Shown piece after piece: positions 1 through 13,912 of a stretch of DNA of 64,000 nt. A program made the translations under genes and the position numbers. The stretch comes from Octopus sinensis (taxonomy: Eukaryota): NCBI RefSeq assembly GCF_006345805.1, contig NC_043001.1:60450001-60514000 (forward strand). Reading direction: 5' to 3'. Each line of letters starts with the position of its first letter. Positions within the stretch are counted from its first letter, which is position 1. The notes beneath the pieces are model-generated. The model saw only the letters and a program-made list of their open reading frames with translations. It was not told the origin of the DNA and did not search any database.

Positions 1-976
1 CATGGATGATCCTGTCAAAAATACCACACACAGGATCGGGAGCTGCGGGAAATAGTTTGGTTAGTTAGATGGCAAGATGCTAGAGGTGATGTGGTCGCAG
101 AAATTGTCTGACAGCCACGACTGCGTTCTCTTGCTTGTGTGACATGGTGCAGAGGCCTATTGCCAGACATAACGTCTTCCAGCAGCCACCCTCTTGACCT
201 ACACACGATACAGGCTTCTGTGTTGTATCTGAGGCAAATTGGAAAGATGAACAGTGACATAACGTCGCCATCACTAGTGGTCCCTCTAAACAGACTGATG
301 TTGACTGGATGTTTGATATTTATCACTCTCGAAACATGTTTTGCCGACACGGCAAGTCACCAAATTTTCTTAGCAGAAATCTTTCTCGTCTGAGAAAAAA
401 ACCAAAGTATGTTCGGTTGGAGAGGACTCTAGAGTTCGTTTGAAATCTGCTTGGTCTGGTCTTACCTCTTGTACTTGATGGCTTGGGATACAAATTGGTC
501 CTTTGCCATCTTGTATAAGGAACACGGAATGTTTTCATGCACTACGCGCTTAATAGGAAACTCAGACACTCCCATGTCCCTGGTAATGGACCTGAATGAA
601 GTGGAGGGATCATTGTCAATCATAGCCTGGTTCTCACCAACAAATTCAGGCGTTCTTTTCTTATCAGAACGAACAGAGTGAGTTTTCCGAGCTGCCGTAT
701 CTTCGTAATCACCATTAGACTCAGCGAACTCTTTCTGAATTCTCTGCATTATCGTCAGATTGAGATACAACACACCGAAATGTTCTGGCGCGAATGCTAA
801 AAAGTATAGCATGTTGTTTTCGAATTTCTGGCAGAGTCAATTGCATCATGGAGTTGTTTTTCTCACAGACGGTGCCGAACTGATCGTGCTATACTAAGTA
901 GTCGACGAAGTCAAAAACAAAGCGTATACGCGAAATTAAAAGTATAAAAGAGTGACCATTTACACCTCGTACCCTG
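1..976 (-). mobile_element. Tc1/mariner-superfamily DNA transposon, degenerate transposase, runs off window start
   Basis: Minus-strand frames give an HTH region (SFRSITRDMGVSEFPIKRVVHE), FFSDEK (first catalytic D), HPVNISLFRGTTSDGDVMSLFIFP and a CHTS..TQSWLSDNF-like segment, with frameshifts. The right terminus reads CAGGGT on the minus strand (976) next to a TA (977-978), as expected for a TA target site. Confidence 0.85.
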
Positions 977-1468
977 TACATATATATATATATACACACA
1001 TATATGCTTCTTCTCCTCTCCTTAATTCCTTTGTTCCTATTTTTCTCCCTTTTCTCTTCTGACGTGACCTATTGGCCGACTGCTAGCCCTTCTGCGTCTG
1101 ACCATGGTCACCGCTACATCTATATCCTTCCCTCTGCCGTAAGGCTTCATTTCCACACACGCCAGCTGAATCCAATTCGTCCCAGTTGAAAGACGCCTGT
1201 TATTATACCCTGTTATTATTATTATTGTTATCATTATTGTATTTTTGTATTTATATTCGTGTAACATCGTCTGTTTATTCGTCCTTGTTTTCGCATACTT
1301 TCGATACTTTTTTCCCAATGAATCTAATGCTCTTAGCTTCGTTTTCCTTGGGGCTGTCCAGATTGGAGCAATCTCAAGATTAATCAGCCGAAATTGCGAG
1401 AATGATCCGGTTTTTGACTAAAGATAAAAGGTTTCGAATGACCCGTCCTTGTTTTTTTATATCGTTTA

Positions 1469-1582
<114 letters not shown>

Positions 1583-1702
1583 GCCTATATATCAATAATG
1601 TGCCTGACTTATTAGCAATTTAACAACCTGAATTTGCACACACAAAAAAGGGATAAATTCACGAAAGGAATGAAAATTAAAAACATTTACCATCTCAACT
1701 AT

Positions 1703-1774
1703 ATCCCAGACCGACGGTTTCTAACTATTTCCAGCAAAAAAATATTTGCTGAAGGCAAGTTTCTTCAGTGGGAC
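1703..1774 (-). ncRNA. Type I hammerhead ribozyme motif
   Basis: Minus strand: GUCCCA-CUGAAGA-AACU..(inner hairpin UUCAGCAAA/UUUGCUGGA)..AGUU-A-GAAA-CCG-U-CGG-UC-UGGGAU. Stem I GUCCCA/UGGGAU, stem III ACCG/CGGU, GUC cleavage triplet, one extra A before GAAA. Confidence 0.75.
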
Positions 1775-1924
1775 AGCCTTAATAATCCTGACGTACAGAC
1801 TGCTAGATCCACATGTAGATCTAACGGTTTGTAAATCCTAACTTTTCAAACCTCTGCGCAGACGCAAATTATACCCGGCGACAGAGAAGATGCCGGTAAA
1901 AATTTCGAACAAATTTATCAAACA

Positions 1925-2106
1925 ATATTTAAACATAATAAAATAGGGTAGTAATAAATTATTACCAGTGGCCTAGCACAAAAAACGAATTAGTCATTAG
2001 ACTATATATTATGAATAATATATAGTCTAATGACTAATTCGTTTTTTTGTGCTAGGCCACTGGTAATAGTAATTTATTATTACCCTATTTTATTATGTTT
2101 AAATAT
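1925..2106. repeat. Near-perfect ~90 bp-arm palindrome (2-nt loop), probable inverted pseudo-LTR end
   Basis: 1925-2012 is the reverse complement of 2015-2106 with a few indels/mismatches; followed by (TA)n. Confidence 0.9.
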
Positions 2107-3476
2107 ATATATATATATATATATGTAAAACTTTAGCTAAAATAAACATTCTATTCACTAATACTGCTTCTGTGCAAGATAAAATGAAAACCTTATGATT
2201 TCAATACATTCAGTCATGATTAGCGAAGCGAAACCGGTTGACCCTGTATGTACTGTAAGAGATTAAATAATGTTTATCTATACAAACAAGATTTCTGTTC
2301 TTTTTCACCTTAAATACGTTTTGCGCACGCGCGCGTTTGTGTTTGTGTGTGTGCATATATGTGTACGCTATCCTAAAGGCTTACTAACAACAACCTTAGT
2401 TTCATGTTGAAGATGTAAGATGAAATTACCCCTAACACTCTCTTTTGAAATTGCATGTTTACTTCCTTTATCTGGTAGTAGCGTATGCGATTTAGCAAAA
2501 ACAGAATTATTTATTAGTAGTGAGTATTTAGCAAAGGCAGTAACTCGAGTGTTTCTAAACATCCACTGGATTGTCATTTGTTAGTTGGAAGAGATCATAT
2601 GTTACGGGATGTGTCTTTCTATGTTGTTCTATGTTTGCCTGAATGTTGGCACTTGGTTATAAAATCTATCTGGAATTCACCTTTGCTCTTACAAAAGTAT
2701 TTTCCTTTATCGATTGTGTTTGACATTACTTCACTAAACTGAATTCAGAATTTGAGTGACCATAGTATCTGTTACATTATAACATAAACTGTACAGGAAA
2801 AATAAACCTCAAAAGCTAGTAAATAATTTCGATCGGATCTTTGCAAATCAGAGATAACACGCGTCTTGCTCAATTAAAAAACTTACATAATTATGTAAAC
2901 TGAAGAAAAGAGTTATTCGCCAAACATATATTTAATGTCGAAAATTCGTCGTTTCCAATTAGAAAAAAACTACTCAGAGCAGCATATCAGCACCACGATT
3001 CAGTAATTAAACTAACTAGAAACTATATTATTGTCACTATCAGCCCATGATTCATAATAACACTGACCCCACTGCATCTATTTCCAAATAATGTCAGGTA
3101 ACAAACCCGACTACTACAATAACACATGCATCAAAAAAATTTTCCGAGTCAAGTATTTTATTAACACAAGAGAACAGATACGAATTAAAAGAGGACAGTC
3201 ATAAGAGCTTATCAGTCTAAAATTTATTGAGAATCTGAAATATAAATTTATGTTTAGATACTCCTGAGTTTACTGATCCTAATTAATGTCGAAATAATCT
3301 GATGGTTCCGACGGCTACTTTGAGATGAAGAGGTAATGCCAGTTGAATTGATAAGGAATTAATGATGACTTCAGCCAATTATAATCAAATATTTTATTCC
3401 TTGAGCAGAAAAAAAATTTTAACTAGAAAATCTTTAACCAGAACACTTTTTAACTAGAAAACATTGAACATACTAA

Positions 3477-3900
3477 GGCGACGAGTTGGCAGAAATGTTA
3501 GCACAGTGGGCGAAATACTTAGCAGTATTTGTCTTGTCTTTACGTTCTGAGTTCAAATTTCGCCAAAGTCGACTTTGCCTTTCGTCCTTTCGGGGTCGAT
3601 AAATTAAGTACCAGGTACCCGCTGGGGTCACTATAACCGATTAAATTCCTTTGTCTGTCCTTGTTTGTCTCCTCTATGTTTAGACCCTTGTTGGAAATAA
3701 AGAAATAAGAAACGTTGGCACGCCGGGCGAAATGCTTAGGAGTATTTCGTCTTGTCTTTACGTTCTGAGTTCAAATTCCGCCGAGGTCGACTTTGCCTTT
3801 CATCCTTTCGGGGTCGATAAATTAAGTACCAGTTGCATACTGAGGTCGATCTAATCGGCTCGCCTCCTCTCCCCAAATTTCGGACCTTGTGTCTAGATTA
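3477..3900 (+). mobile_element. Two tandem tRNA-derived SINE copies (cephalopod-type)
   Basis: ~3477-3708 and ~3709-3900 share 'gggcgaaat..cttag..gtattt..tacgttctgagttcaaatt..gtcgactttgcctttc.tcctttcggggtcgataaattaagtaccag'; B-box-like GAGTTCAAATT. Confidence 0.85.
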
Positions 3901-4062
3901 TAAAAAAATACTTTGAACATAGTGTCTATAAAATATTCGTAACTTCATTGTGCGTTAATTATATAAGTTGCTAAGAGAATGGGAAAATATACATATATAT
4001 AAATGCACACACATACGCACCTGCACTTCCATGCGCACAAAACCATATATGCACTTACTCAC

Positions 4063-4101
<39 letters not shown>

Positions 4102-4857
4102 CTCACTAATCGGTTAAGCAGTTAAAGTCTCACTGGACATTACTAAGCCTTATTTCAATTAAGCGTGACTGCTCTACACATTATCTAGCTGGAAATATCT
4201 AAGGAATTTACATTGTGATTGAAACAGGTATTTCATTCACACTTCCTCAGTACAATACTGAGCATTCCATTTATTACTATCTGCACACTGTCTGTCTTTC
4301 TAATTATCATTCTGAAATTATACTTCGCCATAATCTTTGATTTATTTGACATATATCACAGGATGCATTACTTTTATCCAGAGAACAATATCAGTATTTC
4401 GATGAACGCGATTAAATTTAGCTCTTAGGGGATATATTATTCACCAAAAACAGCATGCTCACGCACTTGTAATGCTGAATTTCCGCTTCAGTTTTCGACA
4501 CTTTTAGTGGAATACTAATTAAACAAATGGTGTGAATAGAATATATATTTGTGTTTATTCGTTAAACACTAATATTTTCCATAGAAACTATTTAATTTGC
4601 GATATAATTTTGTCGTAAGTACATTTACATAGGAATTATATATTAATGAAATACATCAGATTCTTATTTTAATCACAATGGATACATTGAGACTGTCATA
4701 AACTATCCAATAATTAGTTGTACATTCAATCTTGTGAAGATTTATGTAAGATGATTTTATGTATATATATATGTGTGTGTGTGTGTATGTGTATCTATAT
4801 ATATGTATGTACATAAATACATACATACATACATACATACATACATACATACATACA

Positions 4858-4893
<36 letters not shown>

Positions 4894-7112
4894 TACATAA
4901 TACTACCGTGACGTATTGAAATTCATAGGAAACATATTTCTCGACGGAGTAAGAAACTTCAAACCGAGTATCATGAGAAGACAAAAGCATAGGTAGCTTA
5001 TGGAAACAATTATCAACAGCTGGAGAGACGAAACACATGTTGCTCCACATGGATACAATAAACTACCCATTTCACTTTCCTCCTCCTGTAGTCGAACATG
5101 GCAGTGTCCAGAATATGCGGCCTGGTATCACTTTGGGAACAGGGCCTCTTGCTCAGTTATCTCCAGTGCCTATATTTATAGATAAGGTGTCAACCAGCGA
5201 GGCAAGATATTATGATGAATATACTCACATCCCTATTTTTGGTGGATACATGATCTCCTTATGTCCACGTCGGCCATGATGTGAAAGCGGAGTTCCTGTA
5301 TTATGTCGGAGAGCTTTGAATGTCACAGTATGGGCAATTTTCTTGGACGCAAATTATAAGGTGCAGATCCTGAATGTGAGCAGTCTTGCGGAAATGACTT
5401 CCCTACTACTTTCTGTTTACACCTTCAAAGTGACGGAACATCCTTATTTCAGTCGTTTGGAGGATATCCTGGAAACGTCTATCTCTTTAATGCTAGAGAG
5501 CGAACGGAGGGTCATGCAGGATTCAGGTTTTAATTTTGCATTTCTAGCTGAGATTAGCGCGTATAAAAGCCTCGTAAACCTGATTAGACGCTGCCAACTC
5601 TTTAACTGGTGACGAGCAGATCTTCCGATTTTGCGAATGTAAAAATATAAAATCTGCATCGGGTCTCCTAGACACCATTCTTAGTCCAGTCGAAAAGTAT
5701 AGCATAAGTTTCCACATCATAAAATGTCGACTACACAAACTATAAATTTGCGAACTGGACTCTCAAGCTACACAGGTTTCGTAGGTCTGGACCCTGTTTC
5801 TGGAAGCTGAACATGTCGCTCTCAATGATCTTAATGAGACCGAAGCATCATAGAAATTAAGCAGTCATTGACGGGGGAAATCGTCAATCTCAAATGTTAT
5901 TTAAAAAAATTGAATAAAGGGAAACTCAGATAGGATCATAGAGAAGGGGGCGAAGAAAATGTCCTGCAACTCATATACGTCCACCAAGATTGGTCGTTGA
6001 ACAATTCTTGAATGTGAATGGTGGAGGCTGCATTGTCAGGAACAAGGCCTTTGTTCAAAGACCCGTGGTGAAGAATGACGTTCGATGGGCCTGTGTGGTA
6101 GAGGTGCAAGGTGCCGACCTAAATAGCGTAACTCCTGGAGGTAGCTTAAGATATAATGGTATATCTTTAGCTACCGCCGATGAGATTCAACTTCAAAATG
6201 TTTTTAATTATACTAATTTGTAAATGTCTTAAATCGAAACAGCTGTCAGAGATGATGTCCCACTTTATGATTAATAAATAATTATTGATTTAATTATCTC
6301 TATTTTCTTATTTTCTTAAAATATATATATATAAACTCCGTTTTATCGAGTTACAGTTGATTATTGATTGTAATATTCAACACTTCTTGTAATATGTAAT
6401 AAACCAGTATATTCATGGTAATTTATTATCCCTTAATGAAATTTGCAACCTTTATTTGCACTTTATATATATATATATATATAATATATATATATATATG
6501 TGTGTGTGTGTGGTGTGTGTGTGTGTGTGTGTGTGTGTTGTGTGTGTGTGTGTGTGTTGTGTGTGTGTGTGTGCGTGTGTGCGTGTGTGTGTGTGTGCGT
6601 GTGTGTATGTATGTATGTGTGTGAATATCTCTTCGTTTTCTTGTCGTGTAATTTCACCGAATTTTCTGTATGTATTTCATAGTATTATTGTTGTTGATTT
6701 GTGCCTTTCATAACGTGAACATTTCCGATAGGAACTAGTAAAAACATACAATGTATTAAAATATTAAATATTTAACTCATGGCGGCTTTGAAAAACAACC
6801 AATCACGATGTTTTTTAATAGGCCAGCTGCATTCAATACAACCCTACTATAAATATATCAAGTTTTTAGTGTGGGTGTTCGTTTATCGAAAAAAGGAGAA
6901 CAAATTAAACCAGGAAAGAAAAGATTCGTACTTACCGGACAAAGTGCCCATTTCATACACATAGGGAGAACAAGGAGCGTTTTGGACATAGCATTATATG
7001 GGAAATGTACTTGACGGAAATGATTAAAAAATTTACAATATTTGTAAACTCATATAGACAAACACATATATACTTACATACATACATACGTGCATAAATA
7101 CACACACAAACA

Positions 7113-7168
<56 letters not shown>

Positions 7169-7949
7169 ATACAAAGATGTACAGCATCGATTCTCCAGAG
7201 TTATAGTTTCTCAAGCCTTTCCAGGTTTACAGATTACCGATTTTTCTGAACCAGGGTTGGTACAATTGTTCAACTCTCTAAATTATTCAAAAATTAAATA
7301 CACGTCCCAGCACGTTCAAATAAAGGATATAGTTCATTAATACTGTACTGTATTGTTCAAGGGCAAGTAAACAAGTCTGGATCATAAATCGGAATTATTT
7401 TGGTAAAAAATATTCCTAAATGCATTCTATCAATATCCTCAGACTTCAAAGTAGTTTTAGCTACTTTACATTACATTTTAATTTTGGCTGGCAGAGTCGG
7501 AATTTATGTAACAAGTTATGCGTTTACGTTTGTATATATGAATGTACGTATGTTTGTATGTATGTAGGTAGATAGGTAGGCAAGTAGGGAAATATATCGG
7601 TAATTAGGCAGATACTTATGTTTGTCATGTAGAATTTAAGTTCGCGCTTACTATATCTACTGACCATAAGGACATGAGTGGATGGAGTAAGTTTGACGAG
7701 GAAGAAGAAAACATCAATGTGTTCATGTCTATGGAAGCAGACTCACGGTGAGTGTATCTGTATGTGTACGTATATGAGGGGAAACGATGAGTGTGTTTGT
7801 GTGTTTTGATCTGGTGCATACACTTGTATACGTATATGCCAGGGAAGTGATACGGATCCGCTTGTTGGTATGAGCAGGGCGATGGGTGTGTTTCTATAAC
7901 TTTTTGGTGTGAAGTATGAAATCGTGTATGTGACGCTGTGTGATCATGT

Positions 7950-9830
7950 GTATATGTATGAAAAGTGGTGCAGGTAAAAGCTGTTAGTGAATAAAGCTAT
8001 GTAGAAGGTATCTTCTGTAGTAGACATTAAGTGTGGGGAGAAATATTAGTCATAGATACTGAGTTTGTGAATTATAATGAAAAGATATGCAAGATAAAAT
8101 ATGAGAATGAAGATGAAAAGGAGGAGAGCTGACAGAACAGATACTGAAAGCCAAGAAGATCGAGAAGTATTGGATGGATTGCTCTACAGAGAGCAAACAT
8201 CGAATAATAAGACATCCATTTTCAAGTCTAATGTGAGTTACCCCGCGAATCGACTGGACAGTCGGTCGCCAGTTTGCTCGAGATAGATGGAAACAAAGGG
8301 AACACTGGAACGTATATATGAAATTGGCACAAATACAAGGCAAACAGACCCTAATGTGGAAGCTGCAGGGCTTGATTCCTGTGGGTGTAGGTTTAGAAAA
8401 AAGACAGCAGCAGGGAATGGATCTGGGTGACGATGTATCGAGCAGGCAATTGCTTAATAATCGAGGCTGGCGTAAAGAAGGATTAAGAAGAGACGTAGGT
8501 TGAAAGGGTTGGATTGGAGACGGCAGAAGATGCAAAGGACGACATACTTGAAGAACAGAGCTGGATGAGTGGTCGGGGGAAATGTAGTTCGTTGGATTTG
8601 TAACACAGAGTGTAAGGGCTGTGTTGCGGCAAATAGCATGAACGCTAGAAACAGCAGTTTGAATAAGTGTTTGTGTAGCGATAGCAAATGAATCTACAGG
8701 TCACGAGTTTCACGATCAGTGTTGCAGTTGTAGGTGCAACAGATACAGAAGAATGAGAGCAGAGAATAACGTGCTTTCTGATGGTGGCTGGGAGGAAAAA
8801 TTGAAGTAGTTGTAAGATTCGAAGAGTTTGAATAAAGTAGTGGCTGAAAGCTTGAATGTGACATAGTTGTTCTATAGAGTTCTGTCAAGGAAATGCAGGG
8901 ATGTATCAAATATGGAGATGGTGAATTTGGAGAAATGGTTGAAAGCAGATAACAGGTTTTAACTCTTGAAGAGTGAGGATACACTATAAGTTCATCAACG
9001 TAACGACAGTATAATCCTGATTCGGGACCAATGGTCTGGGGAGTCAGAATAGGCGCGAATGTATTTTGGCGTAGTTGGCGTCCAATCTGGTGAACATGAT
9101 CACACCCATAACTTCGACAATACGGAAGTATTTGATGCTACGGGTAAAACGTAATAAAGTAGTGGACGGTGTTCCAGAGGCAGGGATATTTTCGTTGGGA
9201 GGCATAACGGTTTCAGAAGTATCGTCGTCCATAGTGAAAAAAGGAGCTGAGTGAGCTGCGAGAAAGAAATGTTAAAGTGGTCGGGAACCTTATATGTATA
9301 GGCGATATTTGTGATGCGAAAATATTACTAGGGACATGAGAATTTAAAGTTTGGTGAAAATGTATCCGTCGCGCATTTATATCAGCACACAGGGTTGTTG
9401 CATTTGCAGATGTTAAGAGATATTATTTGGGGGAGATGAGCAGAGCACAGGACACGATTGTGGAAACTTTGCAACTGAAATTGAGGAAGCAATGAGATGG
9501 TTGATGGTAGAGATGCGGTATTCCTTTGCTTGCAGGTTTTAATGGGCGAAAGATTGCAGAAAATGGTAATCTACAGCTGTCACAACACTTCAGGTCTATA
9601 AACTTTGACACAACACTCGATCGCACAGCCACTGATTCTGCTACTTTGATGACGATCTATATTGTATATATTTCGAAATGGACAGGAAGTTGAGTTTGCT
9701 CCGGGAGACGTTAGTGTGTCATAAACGCTTCTAAAAGTCGAGGTGATCTGCTGAACTCGAAGAACTGCTCTTGAGTGCTGAACTGTCTGGGGTTGAAATC
9801 GATAATTGTTCCCATGTTATTTCTAAATAA
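7950..9830 (-). mobile_element. Degenerate Penelope-like element (RT + GIY-YIG remnants)
   Basis: Minus strand near 9070-9120 reads VMGV..TRLDANYA (cf. PLE RT GVAMGTRLGPNYA). Near 8250-8340 it reads CICANFIYTFQCSLC then, in a shifted frame, YLEQTGDRLSSRF (GIY-YIG: IY..C..C..YIGQT.R.L..RF). Many stops and frameshifts. Confidence 0.65.
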
Positions 9831-11456
9831 GGCCAACAATTTTGTATGGTGGATTTTGTCGATTGGGAAATTTCCTTGTTACAAAAAGGGATCAATTATA
9901 TATTTGTTTTAGTGTTTTGTATACTGTGCTGAAGACTGCCCTAGTTCTTATTGAAACATGCCCAAGACCGTCACTGTCACGGCAGATAAGAGTAAACATG
10001 CAATATTATAACTAACTTTTCCATTGAAATTCTATTGTCTCTGTGAATCGCTAGCGAAAGCTGTGTGAGGTGTATTTTCAAGTGAAAGGAAATGTTTCGT
10101 AATTTCGATTATTTTCTCAGCACCACAAGCAATAGAAATTACTTATATAAAATAGAAAATAAATTCTTCGACGATAACGTTAAAAATAATGTGTCTCATA
10201 CTTAGTAAATATATCAATTTAATCTATAACTTATTCACGAAACGGTTGGGATTTTGCTAGTGAAATCTATCACTTGAATAATTTAATCAAAAATATGTAA
10301 AACAGAAATGATATTCGCGTTCAAACCAGTGTATGATAATTATATGAAACCACTAAAATACCCAAAACTTATAAATAAATTTCCATAGAACTTATATGGA
10401 TTAAAAACCAAATTATTTCAAAATAGAAAGCGAACTTCTTCAAATGAGTTATCAGTCAATGCGAAGGGGCAGCATTTCTTGTTCAAAAGCAATATTAATT
10501 CCAACAACATCAAACTACACGCTAAAATATAGACACATATTCTAAACAAAAATATCCATTAACATAAACAAATGGAAAATGGAAGTTCTTTAAGAATTTC
10601 AGTTATTGCTTTTTATTCGTAGGGAAAAAATTATTAATATAATTATGTCAGTATTGAAAAAAGAAAAGAAAGATTGTGTGAGAATCTTTTGACGTTTATG
10701 ATTAATTACCCAGGTCATTCTCCACAGCCACTATCTTAAATGAAAATAGTTTCAAATATCTGTGACAAAGAGAAATATTTAAAATTTTATTAAAGAAGAG
10801 TTAATAATTAAAAGAATTAATGTCACTCAGATAAATTTCCATGTAGTTTTGTATCTGATTTCTCAAGAGAAAAAAAAATACTGTATCAAAATCAAAGCGT
10901 AAAAATATTGCGAAGCGATAATTCTAAAATAGAAACAGCAATAATTTTTACGAGAGAGGCATGCGAAAGTAATATATGTTTCATATACATCACACATGTT
11001 AGATTTGAGAGAGGAAATTACAACAACGTGAAAAACAATCAATAACAGATAAATCAATAACAGCAGAGAATTTATATTTCATTGTTATGCAAATTACAGT
11101 TCGGTTAACATTCACTGATGATAAATATGTAAAGGAAAGAACTGTTCTCGATTTGATTGTTTCGGTATTCAAGATAATATAATACACGACAATACAATTC
11201 GAGTGAAAAGGAAGTATATAGGCGAAGAAAAATTATTACAAGTCAATCGATTCGAAATTTCACAATTGTTGTTTCTAGATTCACTTAAATTAAATTTATG
11301 AAATCCACCTTCCTTCTCTGGCTAAAGTAAATTAAAATACTAAAGTTTTACACTGCGCGAGTGATATAAATCGTTCTAGCTTTCTTTCAAACACAACATC
11401 AAACTGAATAAAAGGTATATAACTGAATAATTTTACTTTTACAGATTATTTTATAG

Positions 11457-11665
11457 TACATTATTTACATTTTGGCGGATTTTGTCCTCACCTTGCTTAC
11501 CCTCCAGCCTTCATCAGGTGTCTTGGGGAAATTTCGAACCTGAGCTCTCATTCCTCAGATTCTTTTTCGATGTTGTTGTTGTTATTATTATTATTATTCA
11601 CGTCACTGCCTGGAATCAAACTCGGAATCTTGGGGTTAGTAGCCCACGCTCTTAACGACTAAGCG
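11457..11665 (-). mobile_element. tRNA-headed SINE-like element, inverted copy with internal deletion
   Basis: Reverse complement of 11676-12002, head-to-head with it; lacks the 3' half of the hammerhead. Confidence 0.85.
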
Positions 11666-11669
11666 ATAT

Positions 11670-11775
11670 GCTCGTGGCGTAGTGGTTAAGAGCGCGGGCT
11701 ACTAACCCCAGGTTTCCGAGTTCGATCCCAGGCAGTGACCTGAATAATAATAATAATAATAATAATATAATAATA

Positions 11776-11829
<54 letters not shown>

Positions 11830-12030
11830 CAATAATAACAACTACAACAATAACAACATCGGAAAAATAGCTTAGGAATGAGAAACCAGGTTCGAAATTT
11901 CCCCAAGACACCTGATGAAGGCTGGAGAGTATATCAGCCGAAACGTTGTATTAATAACAAACAAAATGAGGACAAAATCCGTCAAAACGTAAATAATGTA
12001 AATAATTCCTCATCTCTTAAATATAGAACT
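11670..12030 (+). mobile_element. tRNA-headed SINE-like element with internal (AAT)n and hammerhead-bearing tail
   Basis: A box TGGCGTAGTGG, anticodon-like arm GCGGG-CTACTAA-CCCCA, B box GTTCGATCC, then (AAT)n and a tail containing CTGATGA..GAAAC. Confidence 0.85.
11907..11952 (+). ncRNA. Minimal type I hammerhead motif (Penelope-type)
   Basis: GACAC-CUGAUGA-A-GGCUG(gagaguauau)CAGCC-GAAA-CG-UU-GUAUU. Stem II 5 bp, palindromic ACGU stem III (dimer-type), GUU triplet, stem I GACAC/GUAUU with one mismatch. Confidence 0.6.
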
Positions 12031-13711
12031 TATTTTCTAGTATTTATATATTTCGATAATATATGTATATTTGTGTTGAATGGGAGAATCAGACAAAGAA
12101 CAACAATGCTGAATGCGAACGATTGAGCCTAAGTACATGTATAATACGAATGTGAGTGGGCACGCGATGTTGATAATTATCTGCAATCGCCTCTCGGCAC
12201 GTCGTTTAGCAGTGGAAACACTAATAATAGTTGATTATGTGTTGAGTCATTCCAGATCATTATATGTCTATGAAAACGTTTAGTCAGGGCCTTTAAGTTA
12301 CAATTCTTTCGTTTAATTAAGCAGGAGTAACAATATATAAAATGCTACACTACACTCTTAAGCAACCAATAAAATCCCATCTAGGTGTGCTTAAAAATTG
12401 ATCTCCATCTTAAGTTGAAGATGCCTCTATTCATCCTCCCCTCTCATATACTTTAATAAATGTAAAATTTTATTTCTCTCACCTATAAATTAAATATATT
12501 AAATGTCGTCTTGCAATAAGAAGTGTTTTCAATTGCAATGTATGCATAACACAATACCTCAGCTAATGTCTGTTGAGTAGAACATTCTTTCGAATATGTA
12601 ACTTTACCATCCACAGAAATATCGGTATTCACATCATGTGAGCTAAATTGACGTGGAAGACACTTGCATCAGAGACAAAAATTCGGAAAACAAAAGTTAA
12701 AATACATTCATCAAGATGTTTCTAGTGTAAAAAAAAGTGTGAAAATAGATTAAATAAGAAAGGAACAACATCAATACGAAATAATACCATTTGTATGGAT
12801 GACCTTTCTCTTATTTTCTCACATTTTGGCTGAGAGTTTTAATTATTGTCAACTCTATAACATTTAAAATTCATTAATTCTTATTTCTATTCCCATCAAT
12901 TACATCAGAGTTCCTACGAAGTTTCTTCTTTAACTTTATTAAAGTTTTGTTTATCCCCTTACATTTACTGCACGAAACCTCATTTTCAGTTTAGTTTTTA
13001 TTCATCTAGGTAGCATTTTTGTATTACTATTTTATGTTGTTAGTATTCATTTGAATATTTTAGCGCCTTTTTTTAACTTTTTTTGTTAAATTTATATCTT
13101 CTTTATTCTTTATTTTTCACGACAAACACCCCTAACAGAATTCATCTCGCAAACTTTGATTAATTTTCAGGCTCCATCTCATCAAACATTGTGGATTCCT
13201 CAGAAGTACTTTGGCCTTTTCTTTGTCATGTAAAGTTTTAAAATGTAAAATATTAAAAACAATTTTTTAAAAATGAATAGCAGAAAAAAAGTTGCTGCAA
13301 GCTAAAAGAAGTCATCAACAAAACAAAACGCCCAAATACGAAAACGAAGAGAATAATTATTCTAAATCAGACGGTAATGAACTTCATACTCACATCACCT
13401 TCTCCCATTTCCACAAGAAACTTCGGGAAAGAAAACACGTACAAGAACCTATAATTAATAGACTATGTCCTGTATCTCGCTTATCTCCCTACGCTATTTC
13501 ACATTTGAATGATAAAATAAGCCACACTTCTAAAGATTTTTCAGATTGCATTTGCACACATACATATTTACACACATATATATACACATATGTATGAAGT
13601 GATGGATGGATATTTGTATGTATGTAATCTATGAAGTGTCAATGGCAAGGACTGATGCTATAATGTAATACGTACGGTTACGTATGGTTGAAATACACAA
13701 ACAAAAGAAGA

Positions 13712-13830
13712 CATGAGGCAAGGAGGGCTGTGTGACTAAGAAGCACGCCTTAGAATTATGAGGTTTCGAATTCAGTCCATAGTACGCAACGTGAGAGTGA
13801 ATTTTGTAGACAGTAAAAGCATGTCGTGTA
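13712..13830 (+). mobile_element. Degenerate SINE head (same type as 54947-55350)
   Basis: 'ggctgtgtg..taag..ttcagtcc..gtgagagtgaattttgtagac..gtcgtgtatata' resembles the SINE at 54.9 kb with internal deletions. Confidence 0.5.
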
Positions 13831-13836
13831 TATATA

Positions 13837-13912
<76 letters not shown>

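Noticed and set aside
11670-11742. Possible tRNA gene (ACT anticodon-like loop)
   Set aside because: Acceptor and anticodon stems pair poorly, and it is the head of a duplicated SINE-like element.
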